Source: Vitrella brassicaformis CCMP3155 (lineage: Eukaryota; Protista; Chromerida). Taken from it: a DNA stretch of 64,000 bases. The position numbers were made by a program, and so were the translations under genes. The stretch is taken from the NCBI GenBank assembly GCA_001179505.1, contig CDMY01000239.1:89737-153736 (forward strand). Direction: 5' to 3'. Positions 27,155 through 39,300 of this stretch are shown piece by piece. The number at the start of each line of letters is the position of its first letter. The stretch's first letter is position 1. A model generated the notes under the pieces. That model did no database searches, was not told the origin of the DNA, and saw only the letters and a list, made by a program, of their open reading frames with translations.

Positions 27155-30100
27155 TTCTCCACGCGCTACAACATTGATCTCCCCCCAGGCAGCGTCCGCC
27201 CATGCTAGTACGGATGCTGCCTGCATCCACTGACACATCAATCACACTCTGACTGAAATTTTTGCCCCTCTCTCTCTGTTCTGTGTGTGCAGGTGTGTCT
27301 GCGTGGCCGTCGCGAGTGCGTCATTCCACCTGCTGTGGTCAGTCAGGCTGCATAGCACTCACTCCACACACGTGGCTGTCTGTCTGGATTTCTCTCGGTG
27401 GGTGATGTGTGTGATGTGTGTGTTCCCGCAGTGCCGTGTGACGGGTGCGCCCAAGCGGGGTGACGAGCGCTCCCTACAACTCGTGCGCCGCACCATGATC
27501 TCAGAGACGTACGCACAACCCCCTCTCTCCCTGCTCCCCCGCACTTTTCCCCCTGTGTGTCATGTCTGTGTGTCTGTCTGTTTGTCTGTCTGTGTGTATG
27601 TCAGTCGTATGGATCCGGCCCAGCGCATGAAACACCTCAAGGGCTGCTGCCTCTGTTCGGCAATCCAGCTGGCCGACCAGTTCCTCCAGGCACGTGTGTG
27701 TGCGTCTGGGGGGTTGGCAATGGATGATGAATGGCATTGTGAACCGACCCATGGATGGACGGATGGACGTGTATGTGTGTGGATGGTCAGGTGGAGGGCT
27801 GGGAGCTCGACAAGAACCTCTTCAAGTGCGACATCGGCAAGAGAGACGTACGCGAGATGCCACACACACACACATACACAACACCAGGACACACACAGAG
27901 ATGTCCATGCCATATCCCTCCCTCCCTCCCTCGTGCGTGTGTGCGTGTGTGTGTGCAGCCGATCGACCCCACTATGTTGGACCAGCAGCAGAAGCAGTCG
28001 GTGGCCAAGCCGCCACCCCTCGTCGTCGACCAGAACAGCATCATGGCCGTGTGCGTCATCCAGGAGCAAGGCGAAAGACAGCTCGGACCCTTCCTAGGCG
28101 CACTCAAAACGCAACTCGACACGTACGCCACACACACACAAACACCCTCTCTCTCTCTTTCACACACACGGAGGGATGGATGGCACAGAGGGATGGATGG
28201 ATGCCCTCTCGTGTGTGTGTGTGTGTGTGCGTGTGTACAGTTACCGCGTGCGTGTGGCCTCTGAGCCATTCTGCATCCCGGTGGGGGGTCGTGGCAGGCC
28301 CGAGGACAGGTGGCGAGAGGCGGCGCAGCAGGGCGTCGAGAGGATGCTCCAAATGGGCAACATGGGCCCCAAAGAACACGCTCTCGGGTACACACACACA
28401 CACACACACACACACGTGGGGGAGTGGGAGAGGCAGAGAGAGAGCTGTGCGTTGACTGCATCCGTGTGTGTGTGTGTGTGTGTGTGCAGTTGTCTGCTGC
28501 TGGCGATCATCCCGGACAGCCTCGAGAAGGTCGTCTACAAGCCCATCAAGAACGTCCGCAAACACACACATACACTGGAGGGATGGACGGGCGGATGGGA
28601 TGGGGGGATGCGCTCCCTCCCTCTGTCTCTGTCTGTTGTCCTCAGGTGTGTTACGTGCAATATGCCGTCAGCTGCCAGTGCATCAAGCGCGGCACCATCG
28701 AGAAGAAGATGACGGTGGGTACCCACTGAGTCAATCGCGCACTTGGCCATTGCTCACACTCATCCCTCTGTGTGTGTGGTGTGTTGATGCCATCGATCAA
28801 CGCATCGCATCAGGTGGTGGCTCCCAAGCTGGTGACGCAGATCATCTGCAAGATGGGCGGCCACGGCTGGTCGATCCCGGCCATCAAAGGTGAGAGCGAT
28901 GGGGCGAGTGACACACAGCACAAGACACCACACCGAACAACACGGACCCACACAATCCCCCATGCGTGTGGCGTGCGTGTGTGCAGATTCCATCAGCCCG
29001 CCCGACAAGGGGCCCAAGCCGACAATGGCCATCGGCATCAACATGGGCAAGTGCCTCAGCAGCGCCATGTGTGCCTTCACCGCATCCGTCAACATCGAGT
29101 ACGCACCCAGTCAAACACCCCCACCTCCCCCCACCGCCCAGCCCATTCACCATTGAGGTGTGTGTGTGTGTGTGTAGGTTCACGAGTTACGTGTCGGTGG
29201 TGGAGTTTCTGCAGCAGGACGACCCTGCCGTTGGCCGCAAGCGGAGCTACAAAGAGAGGGAGGCCGAGGCGTTCAAGTGGTGCTTTCCCAAGTTCGTCCA
29301 GGCCTTCGCACGGTCCAACGAAGGCAGAAAGCCTGCGTAAGGAGGACTCACCACACAAGGAACAGACACAGCAGACAGACGGGCAAGCTTGTGTGTGACT
29401 GTGTGACTGTGTCGGTCGGTCAGCCGCATCATCATATACCGCGATGGCGTGCCCGAGGCCGAGAAACCCGACTTCTTCAAGTGAATGAGTCATCGCATCG
29501 CGGCCATGGATGCATCTCTCTCTCTCTGTGTGTGTGTGTGGTCAGGTACTACATGAATTCAGGCAGGAAGGGCGAGCCCGGCGCGATCCCCACCGCACTC
29601 GACCAGCTGCGGTCCCAAGAGGGTTTCGAGAACTACAACCCTGCCGTCCTCCTGTGCATCGTACGCACACCACCACCCACACACACACACAACACCCGCT
29701 CACATAGTGGATGGATGGATGGATGGATGACACACCCCCTCCTCCCTCTCTCTCTGAATATCTATGTGTGTGTGTGTGTGTGTGTGGTGCAGGTGAGCAA
29801 GCGTGGCCCGGGTGCTGTGAAGTTCTTCCAGATCACCGGAGAGGGCAGGGACGGCACTCCACAGGTAGGCGCCTGAACGACTGAGGGGGGGGTGGGGGCC
29901 TTCGGTTACATCCGTTGTGCTGTGTGTCTATTTTGTGTTGTGTTGTGTTGTGTTGTGATGTGTTGTGTGCAGGTCAGGAACCCGCCCGAGCGTTGTGTGT
30001 TCGATCGTGACGTGACCTACGACTACAAGTTCGACTTCTGTAAGCACCTTTGTTTGCACCCACACGCGCAGCGCACCCACAGGCATACGACGTAGGTAGA

Positions 30101-30594
30101 CGTGTGTGCATCCATCTCCCTCTGGATGCATGTGTGTGTGTCTCCATGATGTAGACTGCTGCCATCAGCGCGTCACTCAGGTACGCACGCACAGCAGACA
30201 GACAGACATACAGACCCATGGATGGATGGATGGATTTATGCCACCGAGCAGGGCTCCATCACGCCGACATACTACGACGTCTTGTACAACGACTTCATCA
30301 TCAAGAAGGAGGGGCAGGAGGGCGGCATGCAGGCAGCCAAAATTCAGGAATTCACACAGCAATTCGCGTCCATCTACCAGAACTGGTACGTTGGCTGGAG
30401 GAGTGGGGGTCGTCGTATGGCTGGCTCTGTGTGTGCGTGTGTGCGTGTGTGTGTGTGTGTGTGTGTTCAGGCCGGGTGGCCCGATTCGGGTGCCTGCGCC
30501 ACTCATATACGCCGCCAAGCTGTCAGACATGGTGGCCGACCACCTGCGAGAGCACTTCAACCCACGCCTCGAGAGCTTTCTGTTCTTCCTCTAA
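24585..30594 (+). CDS. Argonaute/Piwi-family protein (PAZ-MID-PIWI), divergent, catalytic tetrad degenerate; many small exons and one gap
   Basis: PAZ-like YTIHEIDY/YFSTRYNI/VIPPAVCRVTG. MID YKPIKN..QYAVSCQCI and QIICKMGG. PIWI IIIYRDGV, VSKR, ITPTYYDVL, QNWPGGPIRVPAPLIYAAKLS and the C-terminal LFFL*. Confidence 0.93.
25583..25882. other. assembly gap (300 N) inside the Argonaute gene
   Basis: Run of N followed by a poly-G run. Confidence 0.99.
26365..26596. repeat. imperfect inverted repeat (arms 26365-26450 and 26500-26596) spanning two Argonaute introns
   Basis: The reverse complement of the left arm (..CACATATGATCAGTGTGATGGTATGTGTTG..GTATGTGTGTGTGCAGTTGAGGGC) matches the right arm (..CACATGTGATCAATGTGATGGGATGTGTTG..GTATGTGTGTGTGCAGTTGAGGGC). 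The outer 24 bp are perfect. Confidence 0.9.
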
Positions 30595-31820
30595 GCCAAC
30601 ACACCCATACTCGGCCACACCTACGTGCGCATGAAGGTGCGTGCATCGCATCCACACACGCAGACGAGCGCACCAAACCACCCACACCCACCCGAGCAGC
30701 ATATTTCTCTGCCTGCCTGCCTGCCTGCCTGCTTGTGCGTGTGTGTGTGGTCGTTCAGCAGTGGTTTTTCCGTCCGTGTCGATCGCTTTGAAGGAGGGGC
30801 AGTGGGATGGCATACATACAGACAGTTTTGCAATACGTGTGGGGGGTGGGTGCATACAAGGAGGAGAGATACACACGATACACACCCTGTGTATCGTCAG
30901 CACATCGCTAGCTGTGGTTTTCCCCCACTCACTCACTCCCTCACTCACTCGTCGTCTCGTCAGCTGTCTGCCTGCATATATATGGACACTTGGCGGCCCA
31001 CCGAGTGACTCTGTCCCTCTCTCTCCGTGGCGTGTGTTGCTTGGGCGCGCTTGTGCGAGTAAGTGTGTATGTGATCTTCTGACAATGCATTGTGGGGTGG
31101 ATCTACTGTGTGAAAGTGAACCTGTGGTCGTGACAGATGTGAGCTGGTGACACTGACACGTCAGCGCATATGTGTTACGACCACACGTCGCCCGGCACAC
31201 AGTCTGCATGCCGCCGATTTTGCACCACATACGGGTGGTGGTTTCGTATGTGTTCCGGACACGTTTGTACGTGCTTGCGTGACATCCCGGGCACGAAAGA
31301 GAGAGACACGCCTAGGTTTTTCCGCCATTCATAGGGCCGCCGTCGTTGTGCATACATTTGTCCGTAGGTCTGTCTGTCTGTCTGTCTGCAGAGAGTCTGT
31401 CTCCCTCCCTCCCTTTCTGACTGCCTGGATGTCTCTGTATGTATGTATGTAGATACCTATTACACCATCATGCCGAGTCAGAGAGGAGTGATCGTAAGTA
31501 GGGTGACCAATCGCTTTATGCACGCACGTGTGCACATGCGCCATCCGCGTACATATGTGGACACAAATGATCCGTTTTGGCGCGTGACGACACAGACGCC
31601 ATAAGCATCGATCGATACAGGCCGCACACATAGCAACAGCTTTACTGTGTGAAACCACGCACGCTTACCGATGTCATGAGTGGCGCCAACTTGAGAGGGG
31701 CGCGGCATGGAGAGGGCGTAGGGAGGGATTCTCGGATTTCCACATCAGTTGTCCCACATCGACTGTCGATTCATTCGCGCATGCAAGAAGGACGCCCCCA
31801 TAGGCCCCCATGTCGAAAAG

Positions 31821-34800
31821 ATGTTCCTCGTATTCTCTGCTCTCCTGTGTCGGTTTGCACTGGCCAACGGGCTGCGACACACACCGTCAGCCCGGCGCTT
31901 CACACTGGCAGGGGCGATGTGGCTCAACGTGACGTAAGCGCACAGACAGCCTGGCCCAAAGAGGAAGCAGAAGCAGGAGAAGGGCATCACCGTTTCCTTT
32001 GAACACTCATGTAAGTAGGTCTGTGTGCAGCCATGGACAGATGCAGACAGAGACCCACAACACACATGCATATGCGTGTGTGGGCGTGACATCGATGTGA
32101 TATACATCCCTTCAGACTGCAATCAGGTCAACGATGTCTGTTTCTCGTGGGACTATCCCGCTCCGTCTGAGAAGCGAATGTATAGCCTGACCGACGACAA
32201 GTTTTCGAGGTGCGTGTCACACACAATCCATATGTATGCAGCAGACCGCAGGCAGGCCACTGCGCTGTTTGTGTGCATGTGTGTCACGGACAGTATAATT
32301 CGGAACATGGACGCGCCTGAGCGAGGCCTCGAGTGCGAGAGGCGCCAGGTGTTCTGCCCCGAAGACTACGACGGCGAGGGGGAGCTAACCTACCGGGGTC
32401 AGAATCAGACTGCCGCATGTCCGGGCCCCAAAAAGGAGATACTTCGGTGTTGCCGCTCGTGGGACGCCTCGAACTTTGAGCACTTCTTCATCGACGACAC
32501 CACTGCTGCACCTGCAGAGGAGACAGACGAAGAGTGAGGGAGCCAATGAAAGGCATTCCTTCGTGCGTACGTACTTATGCGTGCATCTGTGTGCAGGGCC
32601 CTTCCTCTGAGCGAGGATTGCTGTAGCAGTCCCAAACACGCCCCGGCCACCGTTACCAGCGTATGTATGTATTGTATGCACCCACGTATAGTATCCAGCG
32701 CCAGACCAGACAACGCAACGGGAGGGCAAGGCAAGTACCCGCCTGCCCTGCCTATGTAGTGCTTGTCTGGTGTGTGACCAGCTCTGGGACGTTTGGCAGC
32801 TCCTCGCACAGGCATGCACTCACTGCAGCCCAGCCACCTGACCTTGATGTCGTGTTGTCTTGTTTGCTCGTCTGCTTGTTTGCTTCAGCTTCACTACGTC
32901 ACTTTGCAGCGGACGGCGAAGTGGCACAAGTGGGAGACACCGCATATGCACTGGGGACATCCGCAGGAGGGAGGTGTTGAGGAGCCGCCGCGTGTGAAGG
33001 CCATGAACGATTGGGTCAGGACGTGGTTGAAACAGTACTGGCCGGTTGTCATGGAAGAGGTGAGTGACGTGACAGTCATCCAGAATGCTCCCTGCCTGCA
33101 CGCGCCCTCATGGCGGCCATGAGCTTTGGATGGGCAGATGACCGTGTGGAGACGGATTCAAGTGGCCACACGCATACACATACACGCGCACACCCAGCAC
33201 AAGAAGTTCATCGCGTAAGCAAGAAAGGGCCGATGGAACGAATCAGGTCGGGTGGCTGCGTCCCTCCCTGCCATCCATTTGTCGATTGATGCTCAGGCAG
33301 GTGTGCCGGTTCATCGGGCAGGCCCGTCTGCCCGTCCCTTATGACCACACCACCCGAAACCGCCTAGCGGCGCTGTACGTCCGCCCCGATCTGTGGGAGG
33401 AGGACCCTTTAGCAGATACTCTGAGACAGCGTGAGGCCTGCATCAGTGTGCCCAAGACATGGGAGATCCATGAGGCGACTGAGTGTGACGCCTTCGCAGC
33501 CCGCGAAGAACCCCGGGCCTCGGAGAAGACAGCGACTGAGGCAGGTAGCGAGGGGGAGAGACAAAGTGAGTCTGAGGAGGAGAGAGACATTGAGACGGTG
33601 TGCGTGGAGCCCACGTGGGAGACACCGGTGTTATTCGATTTCCCATCGTACGCCAACCAGCTATGTGAGGGAGAACTGAGGGATGCCTGAATAATTCATG
33701 TATGTGTCGCTTGCTGCTGACGATGTACGGCACGTGTGCGTCTGCGGCCCATGTGCCTTTGCAGGTGGTCCTCATGGCGCGTGCAAGGCCTATGACATGT
33801 ACAACTTCGAGTTTGCTGACTTGTTCTGGTTGAGTGGGCCTGCTGCTATCTATCGATGCGCTGTCTGCTTACTCTGACTTGCCACATGCAGGTGCCGAAG
33901 AGGGACGAGACGTCGGCGGCATGGAAGAAGCTGTTCGACCGAAAGACCAAGGAGAAGTGCTGTGCGGTAGGCACGAGACATGGAGGCACAAACGCACACA
34001 AACCCAACACAACACATGCGCCTTTCCCTCACACGTGCGCGTGTGCATTGACTGACTCAATCAGGGCTATGTGCCGATGCGGCTCATCGAGTTGTGGCGA
34101 CTGGCTTCCATCGGCTACTTCGAGACAGAGAAGCTGGGAGAAGATGCCATCAATGAAGCCAAGAAGGTTGTCGAGGCTGCCTTGTTAAGGTTTCGCGTCT
34201 CTGCGGCGCTTCAGAAAGGTCTGGACAAATGTAACAACACAGATTGATCCATCGTGTGTCGCCGAGTGCGTGTCTTCACGTGTGTATCAGGTCCTCTGCG
34301 TTTTGTGTGCAACTTTATATCCAACTACATGGCCAACTCACTGCTGGAGGACGTCAAGGCGGAGGACGTCAAGGACGTCAGGGGAGATTTTGTAGGCGAC
34401 GCTGTAAAGATCAAGATCGGCCTAAAGCTGGTGCTGCAGCCAGACATCGAGGACCTGGTGCTCGAAAAGCAAACGGGGGGGAAGTCGCTTCTTGAACTGG
34501 GCACATGTAAGCGACTGACTGGAAGGGGAGCCACATGCTACGAAAGAATGTATTGATTGACGGGTGCGAATGTGGGTGAATAGGTGTGCCAGAGGACATG
34601 CTTGCCGCCTACGATGCTTCGTTCCCCACCTTCAAGCCTCCCTCCGATGCCGACAAGAAGGCCCCTTGGCTCGACTTTGAAGGCCTTTTGCACAAGGCGT
34701 GTGGAAAAAAGTTCGGCGGCCATGGGTATGACGCTCCATCCCAGGTATGACAGAAAGGAGAAGGAGTGTGTCGAGGTGTGTCGATGTGCCGATATGCGTG

Positions 34801-36117
34801 TGTGGTTGACTGCACTGCCACCGCTGGATGAAACACGCACACACACGTCAGATGTACAGACTATACAAGCCCCACCACGCCGTGCCCGCCCACAAGGTGA
34901 ACGGGCCACGCCCAACACTCAGTGTCACGGCTCCAGTAGCTTGAGGACACATATAGCATGTGTGTCTCTCTCTCACGTACTCGTCTAGGACTTCGACAAG
35001 TGCCTTCCTGGCTATTCCCACGTCACGTTACGTCAAGTCTGGTGCGTATGTAGGCTCAAAGAAGGACCCTTCGGCGCGGTCAGCCAGCCTTCTTCTCTTC
35101 GCTTGTGTGCAGGGACTATCTCAGCGCTCGGTTTCATGTCGAACACGACATCCTGAAGCCGAAATGGCCTGCGGGAAAGCCATCGCCATCAAACAAGAAG
35201 GTGAGTGATACCTGTTGCATTGTACGCAAGAGACGAAAAAGTACAGAAGCAAGCTCCGTTGATGGTGTCCGTCAGGGAGAGCCGGTCAAGTGGGAAGATG
35301 TGACATTTCACTCTCCGGAACTCAACAACATTTATGCGCTGACCTCTGCCGAGATCGACAAGGCCTTCAGCGACATGTATGAGCTGGACCAAGCCATGCA
35401 CCACGTCGCAGTCTTGAGACTCACACAGACCCGCCGTCGCATATTTCTATTGTACGTATGCGTCGTGTCAGCACGCTCCGTTTCGCCACTTGTGTCTGCT
35501 GGTGATGCGTGCGGTGAAGGACCTCCCGGACGGTCTGGTGGTCACATTGCGGCCAGAAGACGTCACGCCGTACCTTTCAGACTCCTATAAAGACCTGCTG
35601 GAAACGGGACACTGTGAGCAATGCAGTACTGCAATGCACTCCCGAGTACATGCATGTAGCCGTGCGTGATGCGTGTCTCTTTTGGTGTCACAGGTTTGCC
35701 GCATCGGTACAAAGATCCAGGTGGGAGAGAGTGCCGATATCTGCGACTGGCTACCGTTCTTCTCGCGCAGATATTGTTAAGCGGAGGACCAAGAATGTGA
35801 AAGCCCTCAAAACCAATCCATCCGACGTCACCAAGGCACTCAACGCATATATCATGAAGAAACTCGACCACCTATGTGGCAAGCGCGACTTTGGTAAGGA
35901 AGCAAGCCGCGACACGCAGAAGCCATTCCACTTTGCATCTATGGCTTGGACTTTTGTGCCTTCGTTGTGTGTGTGTTCCTTCTTGTCTGTGTGTGTGGGT
36001 GCAGAGTCACCCAATAACCGCGGCAATCGGGTCGAAACATTCATGCTGGTCGCCATCATGGCTGCACTGCTGCCGCTGCTCAGCACGTACATCGGCGATA
36101 GACGGATAGACAAATAG
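31821..36117 (+). CDS. hypothetical Cys-rich secreted or surface protein, multi-exon (could be more than one gene)
   Basis: Signal-peptide-like MFLVFSALLCRFALANG. Cys-rich exons (DCNQVNDVCFSWDYP, LECERRQVFCPEDY, LRCCRSWD, KEKCCA). Hydrophobic end FMLVAIMAALLPLLSTY. No recognised family. Confidence 0.5.
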
Positions 36118-36388
36118 GTCTGCAGTGCGTGTGTGTGTTTGTGTCTCTGAGACATGCATCTTTGGCCGCAAGTATTTGTGACATGCGCCAGATGTCCACA
36201 GGCAGGTTTTCAATGAGGGATAGCCACAGAGACGCCTATGTATGTCTGAGTGTCACGTTTGCCAGCTTGTCCAATCATCGATGTGTATCCGTCGCGCCGC
36301 GGGCGCTATAGACACCTAGCTCCCTTGATCACATCCTCTACACACACGCTGCAGCCATGGTGCGATGCATCTCATCAACAACCAGTGA

Positions 36389-39300
36389 TCACATGGGCGT
36401 CAGAGAGAGATGGCCATCAGGGGGTGTGCCGGCCGCATGGTCTCCATAACCGTGGTCACCATAGGGCAACGCAGCAGCATAGGGCGACGGAAGACCAAAG
36501 GACGCCGGCCTCTCATACCCGGGCACATGTCTGCCAGACGGCATCGCCTCAACATGGTCTTCGGTTGGAATGGCAAGGGGCGGGTCGAGGCTGCTGGCCG
36601 GAGACGCCAATGCGCTCGCGGGGATGGTTATGGGTATGAACGATGTGGGGGACAGACCGTCTCGGGTGACGCTTGATGCCGTCCTTGGAGGCACTGGAAG
36701 ACTCGGCATCGGGAGACGTGGCCCAGACTGGGAGTGATTGCCAGACACATCCGCCACCCTCACTGTCGGCAGCGGCACCGCGTCTGCACGGCTTCCACAA
36801 TCGTGATCATCATTGTCCATCGGTGTCTTCACGCTGATTGGGACGCTCTGATGCACAACGTCAGCACGCTGCGGCGAACCCGGAATGGACCCGGGCAGCT
36901 CGAAGTCCGACTGTGTACGTGCCGCAATGTCCCTCTCTGACTCGCCACGACACGCCGCTGCGGGTGTCATGCTGAAGGTCATCTTGGATGGCGCTTCCTC
37001 GTCGACGGACATGCTCATTTCATCCGAACGGCTCTGTGGGCTGCCCTCTCTCTGGTATAGAAATGACGCCGCCGTCACGTAGGGCTTGGCAGGAGGGCGC
37101 TTCGAGTCCTCCGTCCTCCGGCTGATGTAGCCGACCTCGGGTGGCTGCGGAGACACCCGTGCGTGGGATTTCCTTGACGCGATCGGGGAGGGAGTGCTGT
37201 GTGGGGAGGTGATGGCTGTGTTGAGTGGGGCGCGGGGCGGGGTGTAGTCGGACATGCCGATGGCTCCGTGGCCCACACTGACTGTGGCTCCGTAGATGGA
37301 GTGACGGATAGAGTACTCGGGGAGAGTCGCCCTGTGGATGACACAGGCAGGCAGCAAACATGACGGACGTGACACAGGCAGGCACAGCACACGGCATCCA
37401 TGTCCCTGTGTGGTGTGACGTAGCGTGGCGTGGCGTGGCGTACTCACCTTCGCTTTCTCTCGAGTGCAGACAGAAGGGCAAGGGTCAGCAAAGCAACCCG
37501 GAGAAGATCAAGAAAAAAGAACAAGAGCACCAGAACGGCTGTCCACAGGACCTGCACACGTGGAGGGAGACACATACACGAGACATGACAAACCGAGATC
37601 ATTCACACTACGTGGACAGTTGGCTTCTCCTGACCAGGAAGTACGATATGTCAGCAAGAGATCCAAGATGTCGGGGCGCCAGCAGCAGCAGCACAGCACA
37701 CGAGGCGGCAAGCATCGAACACATGGTCAGGTGGCTGAGTCCCAAGGACAGTCTATACACCCAGTCCGGCGTGTCAGGCCGCCGGCCCAAGTCCAGTGTA
37801 TCATGCCTGACCGCACACCAGAAGAGGAGGGAGGAGACATGGCAACGGGGGCAGGCAATCTGTCTTGTCTTGCGTCAGCCTGCTCCTTGAATGCGTACTT
37901 GAGTGCCATAAGGTGTTCCCTCTCCAGCTGCTCAATGATCTGCTGCACCAGCTGCACACTCCGGTCATCATATTTGAGGTCCTGCAGACCCGCCGGCTGC
38001 CTCATGATGGCCTCCTCGACGCTCTCCAAGGCCAAGGCCTCACCCACGTCGGGAGGGGGCAGGGCTGGCGGCGGTATTATGGGCGGCGGCTGCAGGTGGC
38101 CGAGGTCTGGCGGCTCGGATGGGACTGCTGCATCTCCCTCGATGTCTTCTCTGAGTGAGGGCACAGAGGATGGCGGCGGTTTGTGTGGCACTGTAATATC
38201 GAGGAATGAGCGGGCCGGGAGGGCGCCACCGGCCGCTGACGGTGGGTGGAGATCCCGGGTCAATATGATGCGCTCCAGGATTGTAGCGGGGGTGTCACCC
38301 TCCTCGATTGGGGGCAGCTGAGACATGGCACGCAAGTCTGTTACGGGGATCATCGATCTGGGTGTCTGTGTGTCTCTCTGTCTGTCTGTCTCTGACTGAC
38401 TGACCACATTGAGATGGGGTTCTCTCTGTGGCCAAGGGACGACTGTGGGCAGGTCCGGGGCGTCAGATGGCGGTGGCTCGGTGGGCAGCGGGATCGACGG
38501 AACTCCCGCGCCCTCTTCGGGTCCCGCCACACGAGATATGTGTGAAAGCAATTCAGACAAGTTCTGCGCCGGGACGAGGGGCGGACTCTCGGGCCGCTCT
38601 GGGGGTTGTGCGGTGTCTTCCTCTCCCTCTTCGTGTTTGTTGTCCTCTGTGGTTGCCGTGCCGGGTCGGCTGGACGCGAACACGCCCTCGTCTCTCAGCT
38701 CTCTTCTCAAGAGGTCGCTCGCCAATTCACGGTCAGCGCTGCTCCCCTGCGCGCTCTCTTCATCGATGACGTTGCCTCGCGCCAAGTGCGACTGCGGCGA
38801 GGCTGCGACTGACCGCGTGAAATGTGAGGGGGGGACAGGTGTTGTCTCGACTGACCCTGGCACAGTCACCGGCGCAAAATCGATATTGGAAGACGCGCCA
38901 GCCCGCCGCTCTTCTGCATCTCGATCTGGTGGCATCAAAGAGGGGTGGCTTGATGGCTGTCTGGACGGCTGGCTGCTCAGTGGGGCCACCACCGGCCCAG
39001 TTGCACCTGGCTCCCACGCCGCCATTGGTGCGTCTTTCCTCTCTCCCTTTGTTGGGGCTCGCACTGTCGGCTGCCTCGGCAGGTTCAGCAGAGGCTGCGG
39101 GGGCACCTTCCTCGAGTGGACTCACCTGCTCTCCTTACTCTTGTCAACTGCCGGAGCCCACGGCCTGCAGGCATACATGGCGAGCGCGAGAAAGGGCAGC
39201 GGCCACGAAAAGAAAGAGGCGAAGAACAGCAGCGGGAAGAGCGTCAGGGAAAGCCGAAGGCCGAGAGACAGCATTGCGGCTGTCACGAAGAGACACGAGA

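Noticed and set aside
31821-36117. Dicer, RNase III or RdRP next to the Argonaute
   Set aside because: No RNase III signature, helicase motifs or DLDGD motif found in the readable exons.
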